A stretch of DNA of 40,407 nt from Candidatus Zhuqueibacterota bacterium (lineage in GTDB: Bacteria > Zhuqueibacterota > Zhuqueibacteria > Residuimicrobiales > Krinioviventaceae). The position numbers and the translations under genes were made by a program. Numbering within the stretch: position 1 is the stretch's first letter; each line of letters opens with the position of its first letter. This document shows positions 8,131 through 16,606 of this stretch, piece by piece. The DNA lies in NCBI GenBank assembly GCA_003854995.1, contig RQOI01000661.1, positions 1 through 40,407 of the forward strand, read 5' to 3'. The notes under the pieces are model-generated. The model had not been told where the DNA came from, did not search any database, and saw nothing but the letters and a program-made list of their open reading frames with translations.

Positions 8131-10257
8131 CTACTGAACATGACTTTTGTTGCTGATCCGCTCGACTGAGATCACACCTGCCAGCCTTTTAATTTTACCA
8201 ATGAGTTTCTGCAAATGATCCAGATCAAAAACTTCGAGCGTCAGCGAGCAGGTGAACAGGGATGTCTCGCTGTTCATTGTGACATCGAGGATGCTGGAAT
8301 CATTTGCATTGATTGTCTCGGAAACTTCGGAAAGAAATTTTTTTCGTCGCTCACCCAGAATCGACAGTCCGACGATGAATCGGTTCTTGTTTTCAGCAGC
8401 CCAGGAGACATCGACGATCCGGTCCGGTTCCTGCATGAGTTTTATGAGATTTTTGCACGTATTGATATGAACCACGATGCCGCGACCCTTTGTCACAATG
8501 CCGGTGATGGGTTCTCCGGGTACGGGATTGCAGCACTTGCCGAAATTGATCATGATGTTATCCATGCCGGCCACTCTGACGCCACTGCTGTTGCGCCGGG
8601 CGCGCTCAAGAATTCGGACCAGCGGCGATCGTTCTTTCTTGATGCGCTTTTCTTCTGGTATGATCTTGCGGATGACGGTTTCAAGCTTGGTGTCGCCGAA
8701 ACCTATGGACGCGAGCAGCTGTTTTTCGTTGTGAAATTTGAGTTTTGCGCACAGTTCACTCATATCAAGATCTTTGTACTTTATGCCATAGGTGCTCAAG
8801 CTTTTAGCCAGCATCTCCTCCCCGAGTGCGATGCTGCTCTCGAGTTCCAGATCGCGCAGAAATTTCTTGATTTTGTTTCGCGCCCGGCTGGTGACGACAA
8901 ACTTGAGCCAGTCTTTATTCGGCGTCTGGTTGTTCGAGGTGATGATTTCTATTTTGTCGCCGCTTTTGAGTTTTTCGCTGATCGGGACGATCTTCCCATT
9001 CACTCTGGCGAAGCGACAGTGCAGTCCGACTTCTGTGTGTACGGCGAAGGCGAAATCAACCGGCGTGGCATCGCGCGGCAGCTTGTACAGATCACCTCTC
9101 GGCGTGTAGACAAAGACCTCGTCCTGAAAGAGATTGATCTTTAGATTTTCCATGAACGATGCGGAATCGGCATCGTCCTCGTCCTGCTCGAGGATCTGCT
9201 TCAGCCAGATGAGCTGCTTGTCCAGATCGTCTTCGCGTATCTTGCCCTCTTTGTAGCGCCAATGCGCTGCGATGCCATCTTCGGCCGTGCGATGCATCTG
9301 CTCAGTGCGTATCTGGATCTCGTACTTTTTCCCCTTTGGGCCGACGACCGTGGTGTGGATGGATTGATAGCCATTGGGCTTTGGATTCGCAATATAATCC
9401 TTGAAACGGCCATCGATCGGCTTGTAAAGGTTGTGCAGGACGCCAAGGGCAAAATAGCACTCGTCGTTTTTGTTGACGATGATGCGGATGGCCAGCAGGT
9501 CATAGATATCTTCAAAGGGGACGCCGCGAATGTGGATCTTGTTGTAAATGCTGCTGAAATGCTTCGCTCGCCCCTCCAAACGCGCATGGATCTTTGCATC
9601 CACCATAGCCCTGCGGATCGGCTGGGTTATCAGGCGAATGGCTTCTTCCCGCTCATCTTTGGATTCGTTGATTTTTCGCGCCAACTCTTCATAGATCTCG
9701 GGTTCGAGATATTTCAGCGCCAGATCTTCCAGCTCGCTCTTTATCTTTGCCAATCCCAATCTGTGCGCCATGGGAGCATAGACCTGCCGGGTCTCGAGAG
9801 CGATGCGCTGACGCTTGCCTTCCGGCAGTGAATCCAGCGTCCGCATGTTATGCAGGCGGTCGGCGAATTTAATCAGAATGATCCGGACATCGCGCACCAT
9901 CGACAATAGCATCTTGCGGAAATTTTCCGCCTGCCGCTGTTCAATTCCAAGAAGCTTCAGCTCGCTGATTTTGGTGACACCGTCGACCAGGGCGGCGATC
10001 TCTTTGCCGAATTCGCGTTCAATGTCTTCGAGCTTGACGTTTGTATCTTCGACAACATCATGCAGCAGGCTGGCGGCGATCGTCTGATAGTCCATTTTGA
10101 GACCGACGAGGATCTTGGCCACTTCCAATGGATGAGCAAAATAGGGTTCACCCGACTTGCGCACTTGCGGCAGATGAGCCGTATAGGCCACGTCATATGC
10201 CTTGTGCAAAAGTTCCATATCAGCGGTTTTGTTATAGCGTTCGATTCGCTGCAACAA
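8131..10257 (-). CDS. rel: bifunctional (p)ppGpp synthetase/hydrolase (RelA/SpoT homologue)
   Basis: Has the HD hydrolase motif (HPLEVA...LLHDVVEDT), the synthetase motif (RFKDYIANPKPNGYQSIHT...EIQIRT), then TGS- and ACT-like C-terminal regions. TTG start at 10257. Confidence 0.95.
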   Translation of the reverse strand: MLQRIERYNKTADMELLHKAYDVAYTAHLPQVRKSGEPYFAHPLEVAKILVGLKMDYQTIAASLLHDVVEDTNVKLEDIEREFGKEIAALVDGVTKISELKLLGIEQRQAENFRKMLLSMVRDVRIILIKFADRLHNMRTLDSLPEGKRQRIALETRQVYAPMAHRLGLAKIKSELEDLALKYLEPEIYEELARKINESKDEREEAIRLITQPIRRAMVDAKIHARLEGRAKHFSSIYNKIHIRGVPFEDIYDLLAIRIIVNKNDECYFALGVLHNLYKPIDGRFKDYIANPKPNGYQSIHTTVVGPKGKKYEIQIRTEQMHRTAEDGIAAHWRYKEGKIREDDLDKQLIWLKQILEQDEDDADSASFMENLKINLFQDEVFVYTPRGDLYKLPRDATPVDFAFAVHTEVGLHCRFARVNGKIVPISEKLKSGDKIEIITSNNQTPNKDWLKFVVTSRARNKIKKFLRDLELESSIALGEEMLAKSLSTYGIKYKDLDMSELCAKLKFHNEKQLLASIGFGDTKLETVIRKIIPEEKRIKKERSPLVRILERARRNSSGVRVAGMDNIMINFGKCCNPVPGEPITGIVTKGRGIVVHINTCKNLIKLMQEPDRIVDVSWAAENKNRFIVGLSILGERRKKFLSEVSETINANDSSILDVTMNSETSLFTCSLTLEVFDLDHLQKLIGKIKRLAGVISVERISNKSHVQ

Positions 10258-10319
10258 ACCCTCGAAAACCTGCTGATAGTTTTGTACGTCCTGGATTCCT
10301 ATTGCTTGACTCCACTCTG

Positions 10320-11699
10320 TTAAAACGGATCAACCGACAATACGGATACTTCTTCGTGGAATTCCTCGGCATTGGCGAATTGCACATATTCACTGATGAA
10401 TACGAGATCGACCTCGCCGATCGGGCCATTACGCTGCTTCGCCACAATGATTTGCGCCTTGTGCGCCAACTCTGCATCGACTTCCCGGCCATGCGCTGCC
10501 GGCCTGTTGATGAACATGACAACATCGGCATCCTGCTCGATGGCGCCAGATTCACGCAAATCCGACAAGACCGGTCTGCCATCACCGCCGCGAGATTCAA
10601 CGGCGCGCGACAGCTGTGACAGAGACAGCACCGGAATGTCCAATTCCTTGGCCAGATTTTTGAGAGATTGCGATATCATGGCAATTTCAATCTGGCGACT
10701 TTCGGCGCGAGTGGATGAGCGCATGAGCTGCAAATAATCCACAACGATCAGGCCGATATTATGCTCGGCCTTGAGACGACGCGCCTTTGAACGCAATTCC
10801 AGGACAGAAATGCCTGGCGTATCATCAATATAGAGTTCATATTCAGCCAGCTTACCAACATGCTGACCCAATCTCTCCCACTCCTTCTCGGTCAGACGAC
10901 CGAGCCGGACGCGTTGCATATCGATCCTCGCCTCGGTGCAAAGCATGCGCATGACCAATTGATAGTCAGCCATTTCCAGGCTAAAGATAGCGACTGGCAC
11001 ACCGCTCACCGCGGCGTTGCGCGCGATGTTGAGTGCCAGCGCGGTCTTGCCCATCGAGGGCCGCGCTGCCAGGACGATGAGGTCAGAATTCTGCAAGCCG
11101 GACAAAATCTCATCCAGCTTGTGAAAACCGGTCGCCACACCCGTCACCTTGCCCTGAGCTTTGCCATACTGTTCGATCTTTTCGATCGTCCTGTGCAATA
11201 TGGGCGAAATATGGGTGTAATCATGCCGCGAATGCGATTCGGACAGGGAAAAGATCTTTTGCTCGGCCGTGTCTATGATGTCAATGGCGTCCTGACCCGC
11301 TTCAAAGCAGTCCTGCTGAATCTCATTCGACAGCTGGATCAGTTTTCGCAACAGAGCCTTGTCCAGAACAATCTTGCAGTGATATTCAATGTTCGCGGCG
11401 GACGGCACTCGTTCGACCAGCTCCGCCAGATAATAGCCGCCGCCAACCGCTTCCAGGTGACCGCGCTTTTGCAGCTCGTTTTTAACCGTCAGGATATCAA
11501 CGGGCTCAAGACGTTCATAGAGCGCAAAAGCGGACATGAATATCTTTTTATGCACATCTTTATAAAAGCACGTCTCATCCAGCATCTCCACCGCCACGCT
11601 GGCGGCCTCACTCGATTGCAGCATCGACGCGATGACAGCCATCTCAGCATCCACAGCCTGCGGCGGCATGCGGGTCACTATCTCATCTTTTTTAGCCAT
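10320..11699 (-). CDS. dnaB: replicative DNA helicase
   Basis: Has PPQAVDAEMAVIASML at the N-terminus, Walker A ARPSMGKTALAL, LIVVDYLQLM and QLSRAVE. 459 aa. Confidence 0.95.
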   Translation of the reverse strand: MAKKDEIVTRMPPQAVDAEMAVIASMLQSSEAASVAVEMLDETCFYKDVHKKIFMSAFALYERLEPVDILTVKNELQKRGHLEAVGGGYYLAELVERVPSAANIEYHCKIVLDKALLRKLIQLSNEIQQDCFEAGQDAIDIIDTAEQKIFSLSESHSRHDYTHISPILHRTIEKIEQYGKAQGKVTGVATGFHKLDEILSGLQNSDLIVLAARPSMGKTALALNIARNAAVSGVPVAIFSLEMADYQLVMRMLCTEARIDMQRVRLGRLTEKEWERLGQHVGKLAEYELYIDDTPGISVLELRSKARRLKAEHNIGLIVVDYLQLMRSSTRAESRQIEIAMISQSLKNLAKELDIPVLSLSQLSRAVESRGGDGRPVLSDLRESGAIEQDADVVMFINRPAAHGREVDAELAHKAQIIVAKQRNGPIGEVDLVFISEYVQFANAEEFHEEVSVLSVDPF

Positions 11700-11705
11700 A
11701 TCCTT

Positions 11706-12401
11706 CTATCTTTTCAAAGTGCTATGGCGCCGCTGCTGCAGCCCTTTCATATCTTCCCACGTCTCTCTTTTATAGCCCGGATTTCGCAACAACGCCGCCG
11801 GGTGGTAGGTGACCATGACATCAATACCGTTCCATCCATGCCATTGTCCCCGCAACTTTGACAGAGAGTCCGTCGTTTCCAGCAACACTTGGGCAGCAAC
11901 ACGGCCCAAACAGACGATGATTTTAGGTCGAATGAGCTGCAATTGCGCAAATAAATACGGCTTGCACAGGGCGATCTCCTCTGGCAGAGGATCCCTGTTT
12001 TGCGGCGGCCGGCATTTCAGAATATTGCAGATATAGACATCCTCGCGTTTGATCTGTACCGATGCCAATATTTTTGTCAACAGCGCGCCCGCTCTGCCGA
12101 CAAACGGCACTCCTGCCCTGTCTTCCTCCGCTCCGGGCGCCTCGCCAACCAAAACGATCTCCGCCTGCGGCTTGCCGCTGCCGAAGACGAGCCTGGTCCG
12201 CGTCCGCCCGAGCGCACATCTCTGGCAGTCCTCAATCGATTGGTGCAATTCAGCCAGTGTCGCCGCGCCGGCAGCCGGAGATGCATCTTTTTCCGCAAAA
12301 GGTTCTTTTCTCAGGCTCGACGCCTCGCAGATAGCGTCATCACCATACAGTTCCAGCTGCTGTTGCAGAAATGCAGTGAAATTTTCACGAAAATCGTTCA
12401 T
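11706..12401 (-). CDS. family-4 uracil-DNA glycosylase (Fe-S type)
   Basis: Has [34 protein letters not shown] and NILKCRPP, then HPAALLR. The track start TTG 12404 is followed directly by an ATG at 12401 that shares one base with the coaBC stop (TGATG). Confidence 0.85.
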   Translation of the reverse strand: MNDFRENFTAFLQQQLELYGDDAICEASSLRKEPFAEKDASPAAGAATLAELHQSIEDCQRCALGRTRTRLVFGSGKPQAEIVLVGEAPGAEEDRAGVPFVGRAGALLTKILASVQIKREDVYICNILKCRPPQNRDPLPEEIALCKPYLFAQLQLIRPKIIVCLGRVAAQVLLETTDSLSKLRGQWHGWNGIDVMVTYHPAALLRNPGYKRETWEDMKGLQQRRHSTLKR

Positions 12402-13588
12402 CAACTCAGCAATAGTTGTAATTCATCGAGGATCGCCTGGGCGACCGCCGTTTTGCTCATCAAGGGCAGCTGCTTCTGACTGCCATCCTTGCGCAAAATC
12501 GTGACAATATTTGTATCCACCTCAAAGCCGGCGCCGGCCTGAGATGGGTTGTTGACGACCAGCAGGTCGCACTTTTTTCGATACAGTTTTTCGGCAGCGT
12601 GTTCCATTTCGTCTTCTGTCTCAAGCGCAAAGCCGATGACAAGCCTGTCGCCTTTGTCTTTGGCAACGTCTTGCAGAATGTCAACGGTGGCGGTCAGCTC
12701 GAGAGAATGAGCGCTCTCTTTTTTGATCTTTTGCGTTGCGCGGACAGCGGGCCGGAAATCGGCCACGGCTGCCGCCATGATGAGGACATCATTCTCAGGC
12801 AGCAGCTCCTGCACTGCGACGTGCATCTCCTGCGCCGTCACCACGCGGCAAAGCTCTGTTCGGTATGGCCTGGGCAATCCAGTCGGGCCTGATATCAATG
12901 TCACAGCAGCACCGCGCAGAGCAGCCTGTTCAGCCAAGGCATAGCCCATCTTGCCGGAGGATCGATTCGCCAGGTAGCGAACTGGATCGAGGGCTTCGTG
13001 CGTCGGGCCGGCAGTGACGAGCACTCTTTTTCCCTGCAGCGCCGCTGAGCCATTCAGGACAAAGTTGATCATCGCCAAAATTTCTTCCGTCTCGGCCAGC
13101 CGGCCGATGCCGATCTCGCCGCACGCCAGCTCGCCCTCACCGGGCTGAACGATGTGGCATCCGCGCTGTAGCAGCGTTTTTTCGTTGTGCTGATACGCAG
13201 CGTTCTTATACATCTCGACATTCATCGCCGGGCAAAAGATGACCGGCGCTGTTGCGGCGAGGATGATGGTCGTCAGCATATTATCGGCCAGACCGTGCGC
13301 TGCTTTACCTATTGTATTCGCTGTCGCCGGACAGACGAGGATGAGATCCGGCCAGCGCGCCCAGTCGATGTGCGCTGTCGCTGCATCGTATCCCTCTCCG
13401 AACAGATCAATAGCCACCTTGTGCCCGGATAACGCCTCGAATGTCAGCGGCGAGACAAAATGCCCGGCCGCTTTTGTCATGACCACGCGGACATCAGCGG
13501 ATTTCTTCAGTTCGCGCACGAGAAACGCCGCCTTGTAGGCCGCAATACCGCCGGTGACACCGACGAGAATTTTTTTTCCAAAGAACAT
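12401..13588 (-). CDS. coaBC: phosphopantothenoylcysteine decarboxylase / phosphopantothenate-cysteine ligase
   Basis: N-terminal flavoprotein domain ([15 protein letters not shown]) and C-terminal ligase domain ([25 protein letters not shown]). 395 aa. Confidence 0.95.
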   Translation of the reverse strand: MFFGKKILVGVTGGIAAYKAAFLVRELKKSADVRVVMTKAAGHFVSPLTFEALSGHKVAIDLFGEGYDAATAHIDWARWPDLILVCPATANTIGKAAHGLADNMLTTIILAATAPVIFCPAMNVEMYKNAAYQHNEKTLLQRGCHIVQPGEGELACGEIGIGRLAETEEILAMINFVLNGSAALQGKRVLVTAGPTHEALDPVRYLANRSSGKMGYALAEQAALRGAAVTLISGPTGLPRPYRTELCRVVTAQEMHVAVQELLPENDVLIMAAAVADFRPAVRATQKIKKESAHSLELTATVDILQDVAKDKGDRLVIGFALETEDEMEHAAEKLYRKKCDLLVVNNPSQAGAGFEVDTNIVTILRKDGSQKQLPLMSKTAVAQAILDELQLLLS

Positions 13589-13599
13589 GGCGAAGCAGC

Positions 13600-13884
13600 T
13601 TATTTGTTCTTGCTGATATACTCAAAATTCAGCTTGCCATCGAGCATTTCCTGCAAAGCGATCGACGTCGGTTTGGGCAGCTTTAAGTATTGTCGATCGA
13701 GGTAATCGACATCCGGCATGATTTCATCCAGCTCATCGTCGTCACTGTTTGCTTCAGTATTTTTATCAATGAGCTGCTTTTGCAGTTCATTGATTTGTCG
13801 CGCCCTTTTGGCAATGATGACAATGGCTTCATACAGGCTATCCACTTTTTCTTCCAGTTTTTCCAGGGACAATGTTTCGGTCAT
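13600..13884 (-). CDS. rpoZ: DNA-directed RNA polymerase subunit omega
   Basis: 94 aa with the LYEAIVIIAKRARQI core. Sits in the conserved position between gmk and downstream genes. Confidence 0.8.
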   Translation of the reverse strand: MTETLSLEKLEEKVDSLYEAIVIIAKRARQINELQKQLIDKNTEANSDDDELDEIMPDVDYLDRQYLKLPKPTSIALQEMLDGKLNFEYISKNK

Positions 13885-13885
13885 A

Positions 13886-14476
13886 CTATACCTCCATATG
13901 TGAAAACATTCTTTTCTGCTGAATTTCTTTTTTCACTTGGCGGATTGTCTTTTCCAGGTCCTCATTCACAATGATGACATCAAACTCATCCGCTTTGGCC
14001 ATTTCTGCAGCCACTCGTTCGAGCCGCCTGGCAATCTGCCGAGGCGTCTCTGTCGAGCGTTCCTCGAGCCGACGCCGCAAAATCTCCTCGCTCGGCGGCT
14101 TTAAAAAGATGAGCAGCGCCTTTTTGCCAAACTTTTTTTTCAATCTCAGCGCGCCCATGACGTCCAGGTCCAAAAGGACTGTCTTGCCTTGCCCGAGCCA
14201 CTGCAGGATCGACGCCTTGGGCGTGCCATAATACCAGTCGTGCACCCGTTCGTATTCAATGAAACGACCCGCCTCGATCATATCCTCAAACTCGGCATGC
14301 CCCACAAACAGGTAATCTCTGCCGTCGATCTCTCCCTCGCGGATGGGCCGCGTCGTCATGGAGATCGAATAGGCATAGTCGTTGTTTTTCTCCTCCACCA
14401 TCTTTTTAATGACAGTTGTCTTGCCGCCGCCGGATGGCGACGACAAAATAACAAGTAATCCTTTATCTTTATTCAC
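13886..14476 (-). CDS. gmk: guanylate kinase
   Basis: Has the P-loop SSPSGGGKTT, plus TTRPIREGEIDGRDY and EYERVHDWYYGT. GTG start. Confidence 0.95.
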   Translation of the reverse strand: MNKDKGLLVILSSPSGGGKTTVIKKMVEEKNNDYAYSISMTTRPIREGEIDGRDYLFVGHAEFEDMIEAGRFIEYERVHDWYYGTPKASILQWLGQGKTVLLDLDVMGALRLKKKFGKKALLIFLKPPSEEILRRRLEERSTETPRQIARRLERVAAEMAKADEFDVIIVNEDLEKTIRQVKKEIQQKRMFSHMEV

Positions 14477-14499
14477 CTTAAACCTAAAAAAGCCTTAAA

Positions 14500-15378
14500 T
14501 TATTCAATATTTTGTACTTGCTCGCGAATTTTTTCAATTTCTTCTTTCATTTTTACGACGTTGTGCGAAATCTCTGCCGTGTAGGCTTTTGAGGCCATTG
14601 TATTCGCTTCGCGATTCATCTCCTGCAGCAAAAAGTTGAGCTGCCGACCCTGTGATTGCGGGCTTGCGACCATTTCCCGAAAAAGGGTGATATGGCTCAT
14701 GAATCGTATGCACTCCTCCGAGATATCGATTTTATCGGCAATCAGCGCCAGTTCCAGCTCGAGTCGATATTCATCGATCTGCTCGTGCTGGATGAGCCGT
14801 TTGACCCGTTCTTTCAGCTTGGCCAATTCCTCGGCAGGGCCGATTTCGGCAAATTTGGTGATATGCTGCACCTGTTTCTCGAGTAAATCTATCCGTTTAT
14901 TGAAATCTTTTTCAATCTCCAAACCTTCGCGCTGACGCATCGCCACCAGCTGTTCAAGAGCTCCCCGCAAAGCTTTTTGCGCGCACAGCCATGTCTTTTC
15001 ATCCGGCGCATCGGCGACATCGAACGTTATGACATCCGGCAGAGCGAGCACGTGCTCCAGCATAAGATCGCCGGACAGGTGGTGCTGTTCTTTGAGATCC
15101 TGCGCCATCTTTATGTAAGCATCGAGCAGCGAATGATCGATGGAAATTTTCTGCCTCTTTTCTTCCGTCTCTTTGATCGTCAATCCGACGTTGACGCGGC
15201 CGCGATGCACATAGGCGGCGATGAGCTCACGCACCTCCCCCTCGTAGACAGACAAACCGTGCGGCAGTCTGAGCGATATATCCAAAAAGCGGTTATTGAC
15301 GCTTTTGATTTCGACGGCAATTTCAGTACCATTCTCTTTATACTCCCCATGGCCATAACCAGTCATGCTCGATATCAT
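14500..15378 (-). CDS. yicC: YicC/YloC-family protein (stress-induced endoribonuclease family)
   Basis: Has the N-terminal MISSMTGYG and the C-terminal NFLLQEMNREANTMASKA and KEEIEKIREQVQNIE, both typical of the family. 292 aa. Confidence 0.9.
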   Translation of the reverse strand: MISSMTGYGHGEYKENGTEIAVEIKSVNNRFLDISLRLPHGLSVYEGEVRELIAAYVHRGRVNVGLTIKETEEKRQKISIDHSLLDAYIKMAQDLKEQHHLSGDLMLEHVLALPDVITFDVADAPDEKTWLCAQKALRGALEQLVAMRQREGLEIEKDFNKRIDLLEKQVQHITKFAEIGPAEELAKLKERVKRLIQHEQIDEYRLELELALIADKIDISEECIRFMSHITLFREMVASPQSQGRQLNFLLQEMNREANTMASKAYTAEISHNVVKMKEEIEKIREQVQNIE

Positions 15379-15436
15379 CCGCTCTCCAACCTCATGTATG
15401 AAAAATAGTTAAAACTATTGTTTTCAATTGATTTAC

Positions 15437-15465
15437 ATTTTAATGAAAATTTCCTACATAGTCAA
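15437..15465 (-). promoter_or_regulatory. candidate sigma70-type promoter upstream of yicC
   Basis: The minus strand reads TTGACT (15465-15460), a 17-nt spacer, then TAAAAT (15442-15437). It lies in a 163-nt AT-rich gap about 60 nt upstream of the yicC ATG. Sequence match only. Confidence 0.45.
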
Positions 15466-15541
15466 ATGAATTTTGCAGTTGGAGTGAATTTTAAGAAAAA
15501 GGCTTGGGTATGACGATGCTAAAAATCCAGGCGGAAACCCT

Positions 15542-16576
15542 TCATTTTCGTGCGAATCGTTTTTCTTCCAGTCGGATGCAGAGGGAGACTCGATGCGTGC
15601 TTTCCAGCTCGGTGTGTTGCGAAAAGGCATAGTCGATATCGAGACGGGAGAGGATGAGTCCGGCGCCGGCGGTCAGATTACCAAGATCGTCTCGTCCGAG
15701 GCGAAGGGCGATGATGTCATAGAACGAAATTTCCCCACCGAGACGAAAATCAAAACTGAGGCCGCCGAGATGAGCTTGAGCCGCGCTCTGGCGTCCCTCG
15801 AATCGCACATCGACATCCGAGGCGAGCAGCAACCGGCTGCGCAAAAAGGGCAGCGTGAACGGATAGCACACACCTGGTTTAGCGGTGGGCGCGATCAGTT
15901 CCTTGCGGCCGGTATCCCAGGCGAGCAAGGTCGTCGTTACATCTTGAATGCTCACGCCGACCATCAGCCGCCGCCATGGATTCCATATGGCGCCGACATC
16001 GAAGCCAATTCCCCAGGCGGAATGATCGCCGACACCTTTGCGAACAAATTTGGCGTTAGTGCCAAAGGCCAGTGCGCTGCTGTATTGTCTGGCATAGCTG
16101 AAATAAAATGCATATTCGGCGTCGCTGACATAGCGAGCCACATAGGGGCGATTCACGCGCGCAGTACCGTCGTCATCCGTGTACTGCGTGTCGACCTGCA
16201 GGTCAGCGCGCGGGATAGCTGAGATAGGAATATCATCGATGCCGAGGCGAATGGCGGAAACAGCGATCGTCTCCTTCTGCCGCAAGGGCAGCGAAAATGC
16301 GAGATAATCGTAATTGACCACGCCGGCGAATCGCTCCGAATGCATGGCCGCCAATTCCGGGAAATTGAGTTGACTCAGGCCGGCGGGATTCCAATAGCCG
16401 TACGTCACATCGCCGCCTGCTGCGACATAGGCGCCGCCCATGCCGAGCGCGCGCGCACCAACTCCGGTGCTCATGAACTCGCCGGCGTATTTGGCGATTT
16501 CAGCACAGAACAAAGATGCTGGGAGAAGAAAAGCCAGTAAAATGCAAACGCGCGCGATATTTCTGTTAATTTTCAC
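15542..16576 (-). CDS. putative outer-membrane beta-barrel protein, PorV/PorQ-like (second copy)
   Basis: Signal peptide (ILLAFLLPASLFCAE), then GVGARALGMGGAYVAAGGDVTYGYWNPAGL, with beta-strand-like periodicity throughout. GTG start 8 nt after GAAGGA. Confidence 0.6.
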   Translation of the reverse strand: MKINRNIARVCILLAFLLPASLFCAEIAKYAGEFMSTGVGARALGMGGAYVAAGGDVTYGYWNPAGLSQLNFPELAAMHSERFAGVVNYDYLAFSLPLRQKETIAVSAIRLGIDDIPISAIPRADLQVDTQYTDDDGTARVNRPYVARYVSDAEYAFYFSYARQYSSALAFGTNAKFVRKGVGDHSAWGIGFDVGAIWNPWRRLMVGVSIQDVTTTLLAWDTGRKELIAPTAKPGVCYPFTLPFLRSRLLLASDVDVRFEGRQSAAQAHLGGLSFDFRLGGEISFYDIIALRLGRDDLGNLTAGAGLILSRLDIDYAFSQHTELESTHRVSLCIRLEEKRFARK

Positions 16577-16606
16577 CTGATTGATCCTTCTCTGTTTCCT
16601 GACGAC

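Noticed and set aside
15404-15419. An AU-rich hairpin, AAUAGUU-UUA-AACUAUU followed by UUUU, lies in the putative yicC leader and could be an attenuator.
   Set aside because: It is a 7-bp stem with a single G-C pair and a 3-nt loop in an AT-rich promoter region. That is too weak to call.
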